DNA of 32,000 bases from Okeania sp. (GCF_035285525.1 NZ_JAYKGW010000210.1:60001-92000); one strand, 5' to 3'. Positions 8,965 to 17,991 are shown, counted from the stretch's first letter. The notes: generated from the sequence alone by a model not told the origin. Numbers and translations are program-made.

Positions 8965-9915
8965 ATGACTAATACTATAGTTACAGGAGTAGGTGGATTT
9001 ATTGGGTCTCATTTAGCAGAAACTCTCTTAAATCAAGGTAATCAGGTAATAGGAATAGACCAGTTTAATGATTACTATGACCCTGCTTTGAAGCGTCAGA
9101 ATATTTCTCAATTTCAAGACCACCCTGATTTTCAACTAATAGAAAGTGATATTCAATCTTTAAATTGGTCAGAGTTACTCCAAGATGTAGATGTAGTTTA
9201 CCATCAAGCTGCTCAAGCTGGAGTTCGTGCTAGTTGGGGTGAAGGTTTTCGTGCTTATACAGAACGTAATATCAATGCTACTCAAATAATTTTAGAAGCT
9301 GCTAAAGATGCTCCTAATTTAAAAAGATTGGTTTATGCTTCTACTTCTTCTGTATATGGTAATGCTGAAACTTTCCCCACTCCAGAAACTATTTGTCCTC
9401 AACCAGTATCTCCTTATGGAATTACTAAGTTAGCAGCAGAAAGATTGGGTAAGTTGTATCATCAAAATTTTGGTGTACCATGTGTATATTTACGCTACTT
9501 TACAGTCTATGGTCCCCGACAAAGACCTGATATGGCTTTTCATAAATTTTTTAAATGGATTTTGCAAGATGAACCAATTTCTATTTATGGAGATGGTCAG
9601 CAAACTAGAGACTTTACCTTTATTAGTGATGCAGTAGCAGCTAACTTAGCAGCAGGTAGAGTACCAGAAGCAGTCGGTGAGGTATTTAATGTAGGTGGAG
9701 GTAGTCGGGTAGTATTAGCAGAAGTTATTAATATGATGGAGGAAATAGTAGGCCATCCAATTAAGAGAAATTTTGTGGAAAAAGCTAGGGGAGATGCTCG
9801 TCATACCAGTGCTGATGTTTCTAAAGCTAAAGAAATTTTAGGTTATCAACCTCAGGTTTCTTTGAGAGAAGGGTTGCAAAAAGAGTGGGAATGGATTAAG
9901 TCTTTATATACCTAA
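8965..9915 (+). CDS. NAD-dependent nucleotide-sugar epimerase/dehydratase (extended SDR; UDP-glucuronate 4-epimerase-like)
   Basis: 316-aa ORF. It has the GVGGFIGSHL Rossmann motif, the YGITK catalytic YxxxK, and RYFTVYGPRQRPDMAFHKF, which resembles the RFFTVYGPWGRPDMA signature I recall from this family. Confidence 0.9.
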   Translation: MTNTIVTGVGGFIGSHLAETLLNQGNQVIGIDQFNDYYDPALKRQNISQFQDHPDFQLIESDIQSLNWSELLQDVDVVYHQAAQAGVRASWGEGFRAYTERNINATQIILEAAKDAPNLKRLVYASTSSVYGNAETFPTPETICPQPVSPYGITKLAAERLGKLYHQNFGVPCVYLRYFTVYGPRQRPDMAFHKFFKWILQDEPISIYGDGQQTRDFTFISDAVAANLAAGRVPEAVGEVFNVGGGSRVVLAEVINMMEEIVGHPIKRNFVEKARGDARHTSADVSKAKEILGYQPQVSLREGLQKEWEWIKSLYT

Positions 9916-10355
9916 ACTTCCCCTTTGACAAAACGCCATAATATCGGCTTTAGAAAAGATAGGTCGAGTTGTTAACCTGAATTTACAGGGTGCAATCTCA
10001 ATAAATTATTTAATTATCTCATAAATTTAATATTTTTTGATGTGATTCAGTGAGTTTAGATATATGTATGGGTTTAATGAATTTAGAATTCATGATTCAG
10101 TATCTCTTCTTTTTTATGAAAGCTTGCATAATGTAAAATGATGATTATTTTTTCTTCTTTCTTCTAAAACTTTTTAGCTTTATTTCCTTGGAATACTCAT
10201 TCATTTACCAACTCTTCATAAAACCATATTAAGTTTTGCTAACTAATTCCAAGCTCTTACCTACAGTTGATTTTAGTAGAGTTTACATTTCCTTATATAG
10301 GGACAATATCTAATGCCAACCTACAGATATTCCTGTTTCTATTACATGTCTTTGA

Positions 10356-10595
10356 ATACTTAACAGCGATCGGAAAATAGATATAGCTTTTATTGATGCG
10401 ATACATACCAGTGAATTTGTTTTTTCCCAGTTTGAAATTGTTGTTTCTAAACTAGCTCCTAATGGAATTATTATACTAGATGATATCTATTTTTCTGAAG
10501 ATATGAAGTATGCTTGGAAAACTATTGCACTTAGCGATCGCGTTAAAGCTAGTGCTGTTATTTATAATAGAATTGGTATTGTTGAACATAAGTAG
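10356..10595 (+). pseudogene. C-terminal fragment of a class I SAM-dependent methyltransferase (Methyltransf_24-like)
   Basis: Open frame without a start codon. My translation is ...SDRKIDIAFIDAIHTSEFVFSQFEIVVSKLAPNGIIILDDIYFSEDMKYAWKTIALSDRVKASAVIYNRIGIVEHK*. The D(L/I)xFIDAxH ... GG/NGxxxxDD pattern corresponds to the C-terminal half only; the SAM-binding N-terminal half is absent. Confidence 0.55.
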
Positions 10596-10641
10596 TAAAC
10601 TAACACATCTCCACTATTTTAAGTCTGTCACACCAGTAATA

Positions 10642-10766
10642 GACTGAGACACCTTAAATGGTTCTATAGTCGTAGGTTGGGTTGAGGGACGAAACCCAAC
10701 ATTAGTAAGGTGCGTGTTGGGTTTCACTATCGTTCTACAAAGACCTACATTTTAAGGTGTGTCAGT
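10642..10766. mobile_element. MITE-like element, family D (TIR GACTGA(G/C)ACACCTTAAA; core GTAGGTTGGGTTGAGGGACGAAACCCAAC)
   Basis: 17-nt terminal inverted repeat with one mismatch. The GTTGGGTT...AACCCAAC core also occurs at 8137-8170 and 22276-22305. Confidence 0.7.
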
Positions 10767-10836
10767 CCACGAAAAAAAAATATTTCCTTATATTCAATCC
10801 TCTCGGTTTTAACCAGAGATAATTATCAATTATCCA

Positions 10837-11943
10837 TTAATAAATAAGCTTTGCTGAACCAAAAGTAACATTAAATTTCTCACACCAAACCACAACATTT
10901 GGGAAATTTTGCCAATTTATTCCCTCTGGAATGTCATAAAATTGTTCCCCTGTAAAACTTTTTAAATCTCCCAAACGAACATAATTTTCTGCTGTATAAC
11001 TTTCGGGAACATTTTGTTTATGTAAAAGTAATCTTACTGCTGGACCTTCAATAGCAGAAAAATTTTCCGCTAACCGCACTTGAGTTTTACTTCCTACTTG
11101 AATAATTTGTGCTGTACCTTCTGTATCTTCTCCTGGAGTAATAGTTATAAATTCTCCCGAAGCTAAGACCTTATTTGTCTGTGCTAAAGTCGGATAATTG
11201 GAGATAGAAGCAACTAAAATTTCTGAGGATAAAGTTTGAGATTTTGAATCTGGGCAAACTTGTTTTTCCCAATCACATTTATATAAATGTTGTTGTTGCC
11301 AACTCAAAGGAATTTCAAGTAAATCTCGACTTCCGGTTATTCCTTGTCCTAAAAATATTATAACTGCCAAACAATTTAAAATCGTATGAACTTTCCGCCA
11401 TTTGTGAGTTCTATCTCTATATATTTCCGGTACAATAGCTAAAGAAAAAATCATCAACATTGAAGCAATTATCCCATAATAAAAATGAGAAACTGCCCAT
11501 TCATAATCCCTTCGAAAAACACCATCTTGAAAACCTAAAACTACAAGGCCAGTTCCAGTTAAAGTCGCAAATATGCCTCGCCATAATTTAGTCTTAGCTT
11601 TATAGAGAAATACGAGAGAAGCGAGGGTAGCAATAAAGATAATTACTATTAATATTGCTAAGATCGTATTTTCAGTTTTAAAATCTTTAAAAATACCTTT
11701 AAAATAAATTGAATAAGCAATAGCAACTAAACTTATTCCCACAACAGAACCAGTTAACCAATTACCTATTTTTCGATGTTCTGGTCCGACTACCGGAGGA
11801 ATTTTACTTTTACCTTCCTCGGCAGTTTGTAACCTGCGTTGGCGAGTTTGCCAAGCGAGGTTTAGTACCATACCAATAATTGGGAATACTACCGCAACAG
11901 CTAAAGTTGGATGTATTAATCCTGCAATATCTTTTGGATTCAT
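10837..11943 (-). CDS. DUF4079-type polytopic membrane domain fused to a C-terminal DM13 domain
   Basis: 368-aa ORF. The N-terminal ~210 aa carries about 6 hydrophobic helices and conserved His residues (IHP, EHRK, VSHFYYG, HKWRKVH). The C-terminal ~125 aa matches the DM13 pattern as I recall it: GEF...GTAQII...GPAVRLLL...LGDLKSFTGEQFYDIP...VVVWCEKFNVTFGSAKL. Confidence 0.85.
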   Translation of the reverse strand: MNPKDIAGLIHPTLAVAVVFPIIGMVLNLAWQTRQRRLQTAEEGKSKIPPVVGPEHRKIGNWLTGSVVGISLVAIAYSIYFKGIFKDFKTENTILAILIVIIFIATLASLVFLYKAKTKLWRGIFATLTGTGLVVLGFQDGVFRRDYEWAVSHFYYGIIASMLMIFSLAIVPEIYRDRTHKWRKVHTILNCLAVIIFLGQGITGSRDLLEIPLSWQQQHLYKCDWEKQVCPDSKSQTLSSEILVASISNYPTLAQTNKVLASGEFITITPGEDTEGTAQIIQVGSKTQVRLAENFSAIEGPAVRLLLHKQNVPESYTAENYVRLGDLKSFTGEQFYDIPEGINWQNFPNVVVWCEKFNVTFGSAKLIY

Positions 11944-12293
11944 ATTTGACCTTTTAGATATAACTTGACAACTATATTATTTAAGCAGATTAATTGAGAA
12001 GTTAAATTATTTTTTGCTGAGAATTGGCTAAAAATTAGATGTTGGGGGATTTTGGCAAGGTTAAAAATAGTTTAAAGGTATGAAATCATATATTTCGGTA
12101 TTAAAACCAAAGTATTCTTCTAATTGAAAATTAGAGATGATAACTTCCAGAAAAAGAGTAAAGTATGTGAAAAATAAGAATGCAAAATCTGGCTTTAGAT
12201 TCATTAAGAATTAAACAAATAATGTATCCACTCAATATTATGGGGTACTATTATAGCTGCCAAGACCAACCAAAGGGATTAAGAGAAGAGCGA

Positions 12294-12704
12294 TCATAAA
12301 TAATAGTTGCAAGAGAAAGAATTATTTCCTATTTGAGCAATGCGATGGCGTACATATTCAAAAAAACTTAATCCCAACTTACGGGTAGTAGAAACCAGGG
12401 ACATAAAAGTATCCCAAGATGCATTCCCTTCAGTCGTCTGAGTTCCATAACTGATATCGCGTCTCCTGACCATAGTCCTAGCAGATAACTCCGCTGGGTT
12501 ATTATGTAATGGTAATTCCGGATGCTCTAATACTAACAGCAACTCGGAAACTTTACTGGCAGTTAATCGTTTTTGTTCATCCAACTGCCGATCACCAGTC
12601 TGAGTCTCAAAAAGTCGAGAAAATTCAGAGCCTAATCTCTTAGCAGTTGAAGCAGTAATGTGACCACTAATTTTTCTGATTATCGTTTTTGTTTCATACC
12701 TCAT
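12294..12704 (-). pseudogene. C-terminal fragment of an IS66-family-like transposase
   Basis: The 136-aa ORF contains HPELPLHNNPAELSARTMVRRRDISYGTQTTEGNASWDTFMSLVSTTRKLGLSFFEYVRHRI. This parallels the IS66 C-terminal pattern P-x-D/T-NN-x-AE-x-x-R ... G ... SL..T....G......Y....L.RI. It is far shorter than a full transposase, and I see no catalytic DDE region or terminal repeats. Confidence 0.5.
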
Positions 12705-12761
12705 ATTCTACAACACTGTCTTTACTTTTTCTCTTCTTACCCCTATTTATTGAGCGGATAC

Positions 12762-13061
12762 CAAATAATTCTTTTAATAACGTCTGAAAATGAGGGTGAT
12801 GAAAGTGCTATTCAGTTTGAAGTAGCTATTAATCAAGGAATAGTTGAAATTATAGATTTTGACTCAGAAGCAGAAGCAGAAACATTTATCAACTATACTG
12901 CTAGAATTGATGATGGTGAGGCTGCAACTTGCGCGATCGCTGTTTGTCGAGAATGAGCGATCGCTACTGATGATAAAAGAGCAATACCATTTATTCAGCA
13001 GGAAGGACTCAATCTTCATATTTTTTCAACCCCAGAAATAATTATAGCAATGCATGAGGAT
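12762..13061 (+). pseudogene. PIN-domain nuclease (toxin-like) relic, N-terminally truncated and carrying an in-frame TGA
   Basis: The frame reads ...AINQGIVEIIDFDSEAEAETFINYTARIDDGEAATCAIAVCRE*AIATDDKRAIPFIQQEGLNLHIFSTPEIIIAMHEDGE. The GEAxxxAxA....xxAxATDDKxA pattern is typical of PIN/VapC-like proteins. The stop at 12954-12956 sits where Trp would be expected. The N-terminus is replaced by the transposase relic, and the 3' end runs into a repeat. Confidence 0.5.
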
Positions 13062-13186
13062 GGTGAGGTACACTTAAGACCTACTGCAGTTCAGCCTTCG
13101 TTTGCTGTCACAACCACCGAAGGTTGTGTTACTAAAATTACTAAATAAAATTTTGTACCTCACGCGCGGGGTTGAAATTGCTGTAA
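13041..13186. repeat. Left arm of a ~145-bp inverted duplication (contains a MITE-like core GTGAGGTAC...GTACCTCAC)
   Basis: By my alignment it is the reverse complement of 14239-14382. I count about 5 substitutions over the first ~125 nt and a short divergent patch near the inner end. Confidence 0.9.
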
Positions 13187-13358
13187 ACACTGGTCTGAGG
13201 AAAGAACAATTCACTTTTCACAACTATCTGAAGCTCTAAATGGAGTTGAAAAAAAAGGAAGATATTCACCTCCGAAAAGCGATCATTTCAGAAGTTGGTG
13301 GAAAAATCATTTAGCCATATAGAAATTATGAAACCAAGAATTTTATCCCTCTATTTTC

Positions 13359-14222
13359 TCATTTATTATTGACTTCCGAGTGATATAAGAAACGGAGTTT
13401 GTCATATAGAATCCGGTTAGTAGTGATTGCAACAATAGGAAGTAATCTCAGAGGTCTCGCGAGATTCCTTCCACGAGGGTTTGGAGACCAAACCCCTACC
13501 GGATTTGATATCAGTCCAGTACCTAGTCTGGTACTCTGCAAATAGACCTTTTTCAAAGTATTAACATCCCTAGATGAAATAGGAGGAGGTGCTGCCACCT
13601 GAGAATAATACATAACATCAGTTTTCTCGGGACTATGACCCCATATCCCCAAAGCATGACCAAACTCGTGACGAGCAGCAGCAGGCAAATATTTACCTAC
13701 TTGCATCGGGCTCAACCAGATCACAAATTTATGAAATAAAACACCGTTTTCATCTTGATATAACTGATAGCGGGTTTCTGCGGAACGCGCTCTTAAATTT
13801 TCTAGTCTTAAGGGAGGTCGCTTGTTAAAAAAATTGATATCAGCAACTTCTGGGTTGTTTACCACTTCCAGAGGTAAATAAACATTCCATTCCCAAATCG
13901 CATCTATTACCGTCTTCACCCATTCACGAGATTTAGATTCATTATTATCATCAGATTCAATATAAACTTTAATCGGAAAGTGCGACCAAATTAGATAACC
14001 CACATCTTTAACTTCAATTTGATCAAAATAATCACCACTATTATTGGGGTCTTGCCATTGTGTCAAAGTTTCTGGTAGAGGATAATTTTTCAGAGGTGGT
14101 AAATCTTGAGGAGTAACTGCGGTAGTTGAAGTTGAAAACAAAAAATAGAAAGCTACCATCCAAATAGCAAAACCGAAAAAAAAGAACCGCCAAGAAACCG
14201 ATACTATTTTGTTAGTAAACAT
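13359..14222 (-). CDS. Secreted zinc metalloprotease, metzincin/matrixin (M10-like)
   Basis: HEFGHALGIWGHS is an HExxHxxGxxH zinc site, followed by a Met-turn candidate (DVMYY). The N-terminal signal-anchor is KIVSVSWRFFFFGFAIWMVAFYFLFSTSTTA. I place the start at the ATG at 14222 rather than the track start at 14297, because the first 25 track codons lie inside the repeat arm. Confidence 0.85.
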   Translation of the reverse strand: MFTNKIVSVSWRFFFFGFAIWMVAFYFLFSTSTTAVTPQDLPPLKNYPLPETLTQWQDPNNSGDYFDQIEVKDVGYLIWSHFPIKVYIESDDNNESKSREWVKTVIDAIWEWNVYLPLEVVNNPEVADINFFNKRPPLRLENLRARSAETRYQLYQDENGVLFHKFVIWLSPMQVGKYLPAAARHEFGHALGIWGHSPEKTDVMYYSQVAAPPPISSRDVNTLKKVYLQSTRLGTGLISNPVGVWSPNPRGRNLARPLRLLPIVAITTNRILYDKLRFLYHSEVNNK

Positions 14223-14238
14223 TATATTTATATTGAGC

Positions 14239-14382
14239 TTACAGCAATTTCGGAGCCGCGTGAGGTACAAAATTTTATTTAGTAATTTTAGTAACACAAC
14301 CTTCGGTGGTTATTACAGCAAACGAAGGCTGAACTGTAGTAGGTGTTAAGTGTACCTCACCATCCTCATACATTGCTATAAT
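14239..14382. repeat. Right arm of the ~145-bp inverted duplication
   Basis: Reverse complement of 13041-13186, including sequence beyond the MITE core on both sides. Confidence 0.9.
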
Positions 14383-14409
14383 AAGTTGTTGACTTATTCC
14401 AATTCAAGT

Positions 14410-14630
14410 CCAGTAGGGTATGTTTTTGCGTTTCGCAAAGCTTCGCTCTATATGTCGCGCAGCGAAACGGCTAAGAACCGACATGAAACGCTGCGGGACA
14501 TGAAAAGGGGCACTTCCGTAACGCATCACTATCAATTCAAAAATCACATAATAATTATCAAGCAATCATGGGGTGGGTTAAGTATTCCTATAAAGGTGGT
14601 GCGTTACGCTTCGCTAATGCGCCCTACTGG
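14410..14630. mobile_element. MITE-like element, family B (termini CCAGTAGGGT ... (G/A)CCCTACTGG)
   Basis: Terminal inverted repeats are present. The internal GC-rich segments GCGTTTCGCAAAGCTTCGCT / GTCGCGCAGCGAAAC / GGTGCGTTACGCTTCGC are shared with 8072-8400, 22558-22759 and 23730-23886. Confidence 0.7.
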
Positions 14631-14905
14631 ACTGTAAGCTTTTGTGCTGTATTATTAGTATTAACAGCCGTAGCACAAAAATAAATATGTTAAGGCTAAA
14701 TGCAATTGATATGCTAAAGCTAAGGCTAGGTCTAATTAAGTCTTGTGGTTGAATCACCCCTATTTTAAAACTGGCATATCCCGACTCAAATTATTCAGTA
14801 AATTCAGGATCGATTTGCTGACATTTCTCTATATATTTATTAACATCACTAATCATTTTGCTTCCTACTTCAATAATTTTGTTTTTGTCTTTCGACTACC
14901 TAAAT

Positions 14906-15214
14906 AGGACTAAAGCCATGAGGTACCAAAAACAGGGGTTTGAGATTGCTTCCCGACCGTCGTATCGGACGAACATACGTTGCAGTTGCATAAGTCCTGA
15001 TTGAAATATATCATCTAAGTTTTTAGAGATACCAAATAGTTTCTATAAGCAAAGGTTGGCAGTATTAATTAAAAAATTCAACTACCAACCTTTTAAATCA
15101 GGACTTACGCATAATCGAGGAGTTTTGGTCATTTGAGATTGCTATCCTAACGGACTGCTTCGCAAACGCTCCTCGCGAGCAATGACAGAAATACGTTGGG
15201 CGTGCCTAAGTCCT
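14906..15214. mobile_element. Two adjacent family A MITE-like copies (14906-14998 and 15100-15214)
   Basis: Ends are AGGACTAAAGCCATGAGG...GTTGCATAAGTCCT and AGGACTTACGCA...TGCCTAAGTCCT. They lie just downstream of the glgB stop. Confidence 0.7.
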
Positions 15215-15249
15215 ATAAATTTTGCTTTGGTTTTAATTAAGGGATTAGT

Positions 15250-17580
15250 TTACCCTTCAGATGCAGTCTCAGTTTCCACCGCTTCCACATCTTCAGATTC
15301 TTCTGTCATTGCCAGAGTTTTTTCCTTCTCTAACTTCAACACCAAAATACCCAAAGGAGGCAAACATAAATCTAAGGAGTTGTGATAATTATGGAAGTAC
15401 CAATCATCAGTCCACTTACCACCATAATTACCCATATTGCTACCACCATATTTACCAGCATCGCTATTAAATATTTCAGCATAGAATCCTGGTTCAGGTA
15501 CACCAATGCGATAATGACTATGAGGTTGAGGAGTAAAATTACAAACCGTTACCACAAAATCGTCCCCATCTTTAGCGCGACGAATAAATGACACCACACT
15601 ATGATTGTTATCACTACAATCTATCCATTGGAATCCTTCTTCGGTGCAATCTTGTTCATACAAAGCAGGATGAGAACGATACAAGTTATTCAAATCCCGG
15701 AAAAATCGCTTCATTCCTTGGTGAGCATCATGTTGAAGTAAATGCCATTCTAAATCACCCCAAACATCCCATTCACCCCATTGAGGAAACTCCATTCCCA
15801 TAAACATTGTTTTCTTACCAGGGTGAGTAAACATATAAGCAAATAACGCCCGAACATTAGCAAACTTCTGCCAATCATCTCCAGGCATTTTACCCAACAT
15901 ATTGCTCTTACAATGTACCACCTCATCGTGAGAGAGAGCCAACATATAGTTCTCACTGTGGTGATACCAAATACTGAAAGTAACATTATTCTGGTGGAAC
16001 TGACGGAACCAAGGATCCATTTCAAAATAGTCGAGCATATCGTGCATCCAACCCATGTTCCACTTGAGGTTGAAACCTAAACCACCAACATAGGTCGGCC
16101 AAGTAACCATTGGCCAAGCAGTCGATTCTTCAGCAATAGAAAGAACTCCTGGATAGTAACTAAAGAGTAAATGATTGAATTGACGGATGAAATCAGCGGC
16201 TTCAATGTATTCTACTCCTCCGTACTGATTAGCCATCCATTCACCATCTTCTCTCATATAGTTAAGGTAAACCATCGAAGCAACTGCATCTACCCTAACA
16301 CCATCAATGTGATATTTGTCAAACCAGAAAAGAGCATTGGAAACTAAGAAGTTACGAACTTCATTACGACCATAGTCAAATACTAAAGTACCCCACTGTT
16401 TGTGTTCGCCTTTACGGACGTCTGGATGTTCATAGAGGTGAGTACCATCAAAGAAAGCTAAACCATGTCCATCTTTAGGAAAATGTCCGGGTACCCAGTC
16501 TACAATTACCCCTATACCATTTTCATGGCATTTATCGACAAAATACATGAAATCTTGAGCATTACCGTAGCGAGAGGTAGGGGCAAAAAATCCTGTAACT
16601 TGATAACCCCAGGAACCATCAAAAGGATGTTCTGCTATGGGCAACATTTCAATGTGGGTATAACCCAAATCTTTAACATAGGAAACTAGACGGTCTGCTA
16701 ATTCTCGGTAGGTAAGAAAACGAGCATCTTGTTTAAGTTCCGAGACTTGAACTACACGTTCAGTTTCTCCACTAGGTAGTTTAGCTGGTTCGTCAGGACA
16801 AGCATGAATCCAAGAACCAAGGTGGCATTCATAGACAGAAATAGGTTGAGTAAGAGGGTCGGTATGACGACGTTTTTCCATCCATTCTTGGTCGTTCCAA
16901 GTATAGGAGTCTAGGTCAACTACAATGGAAGCTGTTTTGGGCCTTACTTCCTGTTGGTATCCATAAGGGTCACTTTTTTCGTAGATGTGTCCTTCCCAGT
17001 TTTTGACCTCATATTTGTAATGTTCTCCAGGGCCAATATCAGGAATAAATAATTCCCAAACTCCTGAGTGTCCTTTACGCATTTGGTGTTTACGACCGTC
17101 CCAATGGTTAAAATCGCCTAAAATTGAGACATTACGAGCATTAGGTGCCCAAAGAGCAAAATAAACTCCTTTTACTCCATCAATTTCAGCGATATGTGCC
17201 CCTAATTTTTCATAGATGCGGTGATGGTTTCCTTCCCCAAATAATTGTAGGTCAAAGTCTGTGAGTTTGGGAGAGCGAAAAGCGTAGGGGTCATAGATGA
17301 CTCGTTCGTGTTCTCCTTCTTTAATTTTAAGTTGATAGTTGGCCAGTTCCGGAGTATCAATGACACATTCAAAGAAATGAGGGTGATGGACTGACTGCAT
17401 TGAATGTTCTTGGCGGTCTATCGGGGAGATAACTGATACAGCTTCGGCATTGGGTTGGTAAGCTCGGATTACTGTCATGGTTTTACCATCTTGTTCTATT
17501 TGATGGGCACCCAGAACTTCAAAGGGGTCGTGATGATGGTTCCAAACTATTTGGTTAACTTGATCGGCAGAAATTGTCAT
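15250..17580 (-). CDS. glgB: 1,4-alpha-glucan branching enzyme
   Basis: 776-aa ORF with the GH13 branching-enzyme layout and signature regions: DWVPGHF, GVRVDAVASM, IAEEST, LSHDEVVH. The N-terminus is typical (HHDPFEVLGAH). Confidence 0.97.
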   Translation of the reverse strand: MTISADQVNQIVWNHHHDPFEVLGAHQIEQDGKTMTVIRAYQPNAEAVSVISPIDRQEHSMQSVHHPHFFECVIDTPELANYQLKIKEGEHERVIYDPYAFRSPKLTDFDLQLFGEGNHHRIYEKLGAHIAEIDGVKGVYFALWAPNARNVSILGDFNHWDGRKHQMRKGHSGVWELFIPDIGPGEHYKYEVKNWEGHIYEKSDPYGYQQEVRPKTASIVVDLDSYTWNDQEWMEKRRHTDPLTQPISVYECHLGSWIHACPDEPAKLPSGETERVVQVSELKQDARFLTYRELADRLVSYVKDLGYTHIEMLPIAEHPFDGSWGYQVTGFFAPTSRYGNAQDFMYFVDKCHENGIGVIVDWVPGHFPKDGHGLAFFDGTHLYEHPDVRKGEHKQWGTLVFDYGRNEVRNFLVSNALFWFDKYHIDGVRVDAVASMVYLNYMREDGEWMANQYGGVEYIEAADFIRQFNHLLFSYYPGVLSIAEESTAWPMVTWPTYVGGLGFNLKWNMGWMHDMLDYFEMDPWFRQFHQNNVTFSIWYHHSENYMLALSHDEVVHCKSNMLGKMPGDDWQKFANVRALFAYMFTHPGKKTMFMGMEFPQWGEWDVWGDLEWHLLQHDAHQGMKRFFRDLNNLYRSHPALYEQDCTEEGFQWIDCSDNNHSVVSFIRRAKDGDDFVVTVCNFTPQPHSHYRIGVPEPGFYAEIFNSDAGKYGGSNMGNYGGKWTDDWYFHNYHNSLDLCLPPLGILVLKLEKEKTLAMTEESEDVEAVETETASEG

Positions 17581-17991
17581 TTTTGATGTTTGTTAAGAGT
17601 TAGTTAATAATCCCATAAAATGGGAAGGCTATGATAGTCGATGATGTTCGACTAGATAATTTTTCCAGATATTGGATCTACAGAGTTGATAGTTAAGAGG
17701 TAAAACAAAAATTCAACTTTTCTTTTTTACCATCAAAAGTGCTTCTGAAACAATTAATAGTTTTTTCAGAAGTTTTTCGTTTCATTAGATTAACATTATC
17801 TTTAGGTTCCAGACAGTGTAAAGTTCTAGGAATAGCTATTGCTCCAAGGCTTTCAGCGATCTAAAGGTTAGAAACTTTCTCTTGAGGAACTGTAGTGCTG
17901 TAAGCTTTTTCCCATAATGCTTTTCGTCAGATAAGCACATCATTCTTGAGAAGAAGTTTGTATTTTTCAGTTTAGGTTATTTAATCATTAA

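Noticed and set aside
12660-12761. N-terminal 34 codons of track ORF 12660-12956, and the alternative ORF 12859-13041
   Set aside because: The 5' part overlaps the transposase relic on the other strand and has no PIN-like sequence. Only the part from about 12762 onward looks like a PIN relic. The 12859-13041 frame is an out-of-frame shadow.
14223-14297. The 25-codon N-terminal extension of the protease ORF given in the track
   Set aside because: These codons lie in the repeat arm and spacer and encode MLLKLLNKILYLTRLRNCCKLNINI, which is not signal-peptide-like. The internal ATG at 14222 gives a normal signal-anchor N-terminus.
14350-14637. 95-aa track ORF
   Set aside because: It starts inside the right arm of the inverted duplication and then runs through the family B MITE at 14410-14630. 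It is repeat-derived and has no coding signature.
15182-16689. Plus- and minus-strand short ORFs overlapping glgB (15182-15385, 15261-15470, 15382-15591, 15588-15803, 15750-16025, 16465-16689)
   Set aside because: They are antisense or out of frame to a very well-supported 776-aa branching-enzyme CDS. These are typical shadow ORFs.
17742-17781. Terminator-like hairpin CTTCTGAAA-N13-TTTCAGAAG followed by TTTTTCGTTT on the plus strand, in the 1.4-kb gap upstream of glgB
   Set aside because: The stem is AU-rich and weak. There is no plus-strand gene or convincing promoter upstream of it. It could mark a small RNA, but the evidence is insufficient to call one.
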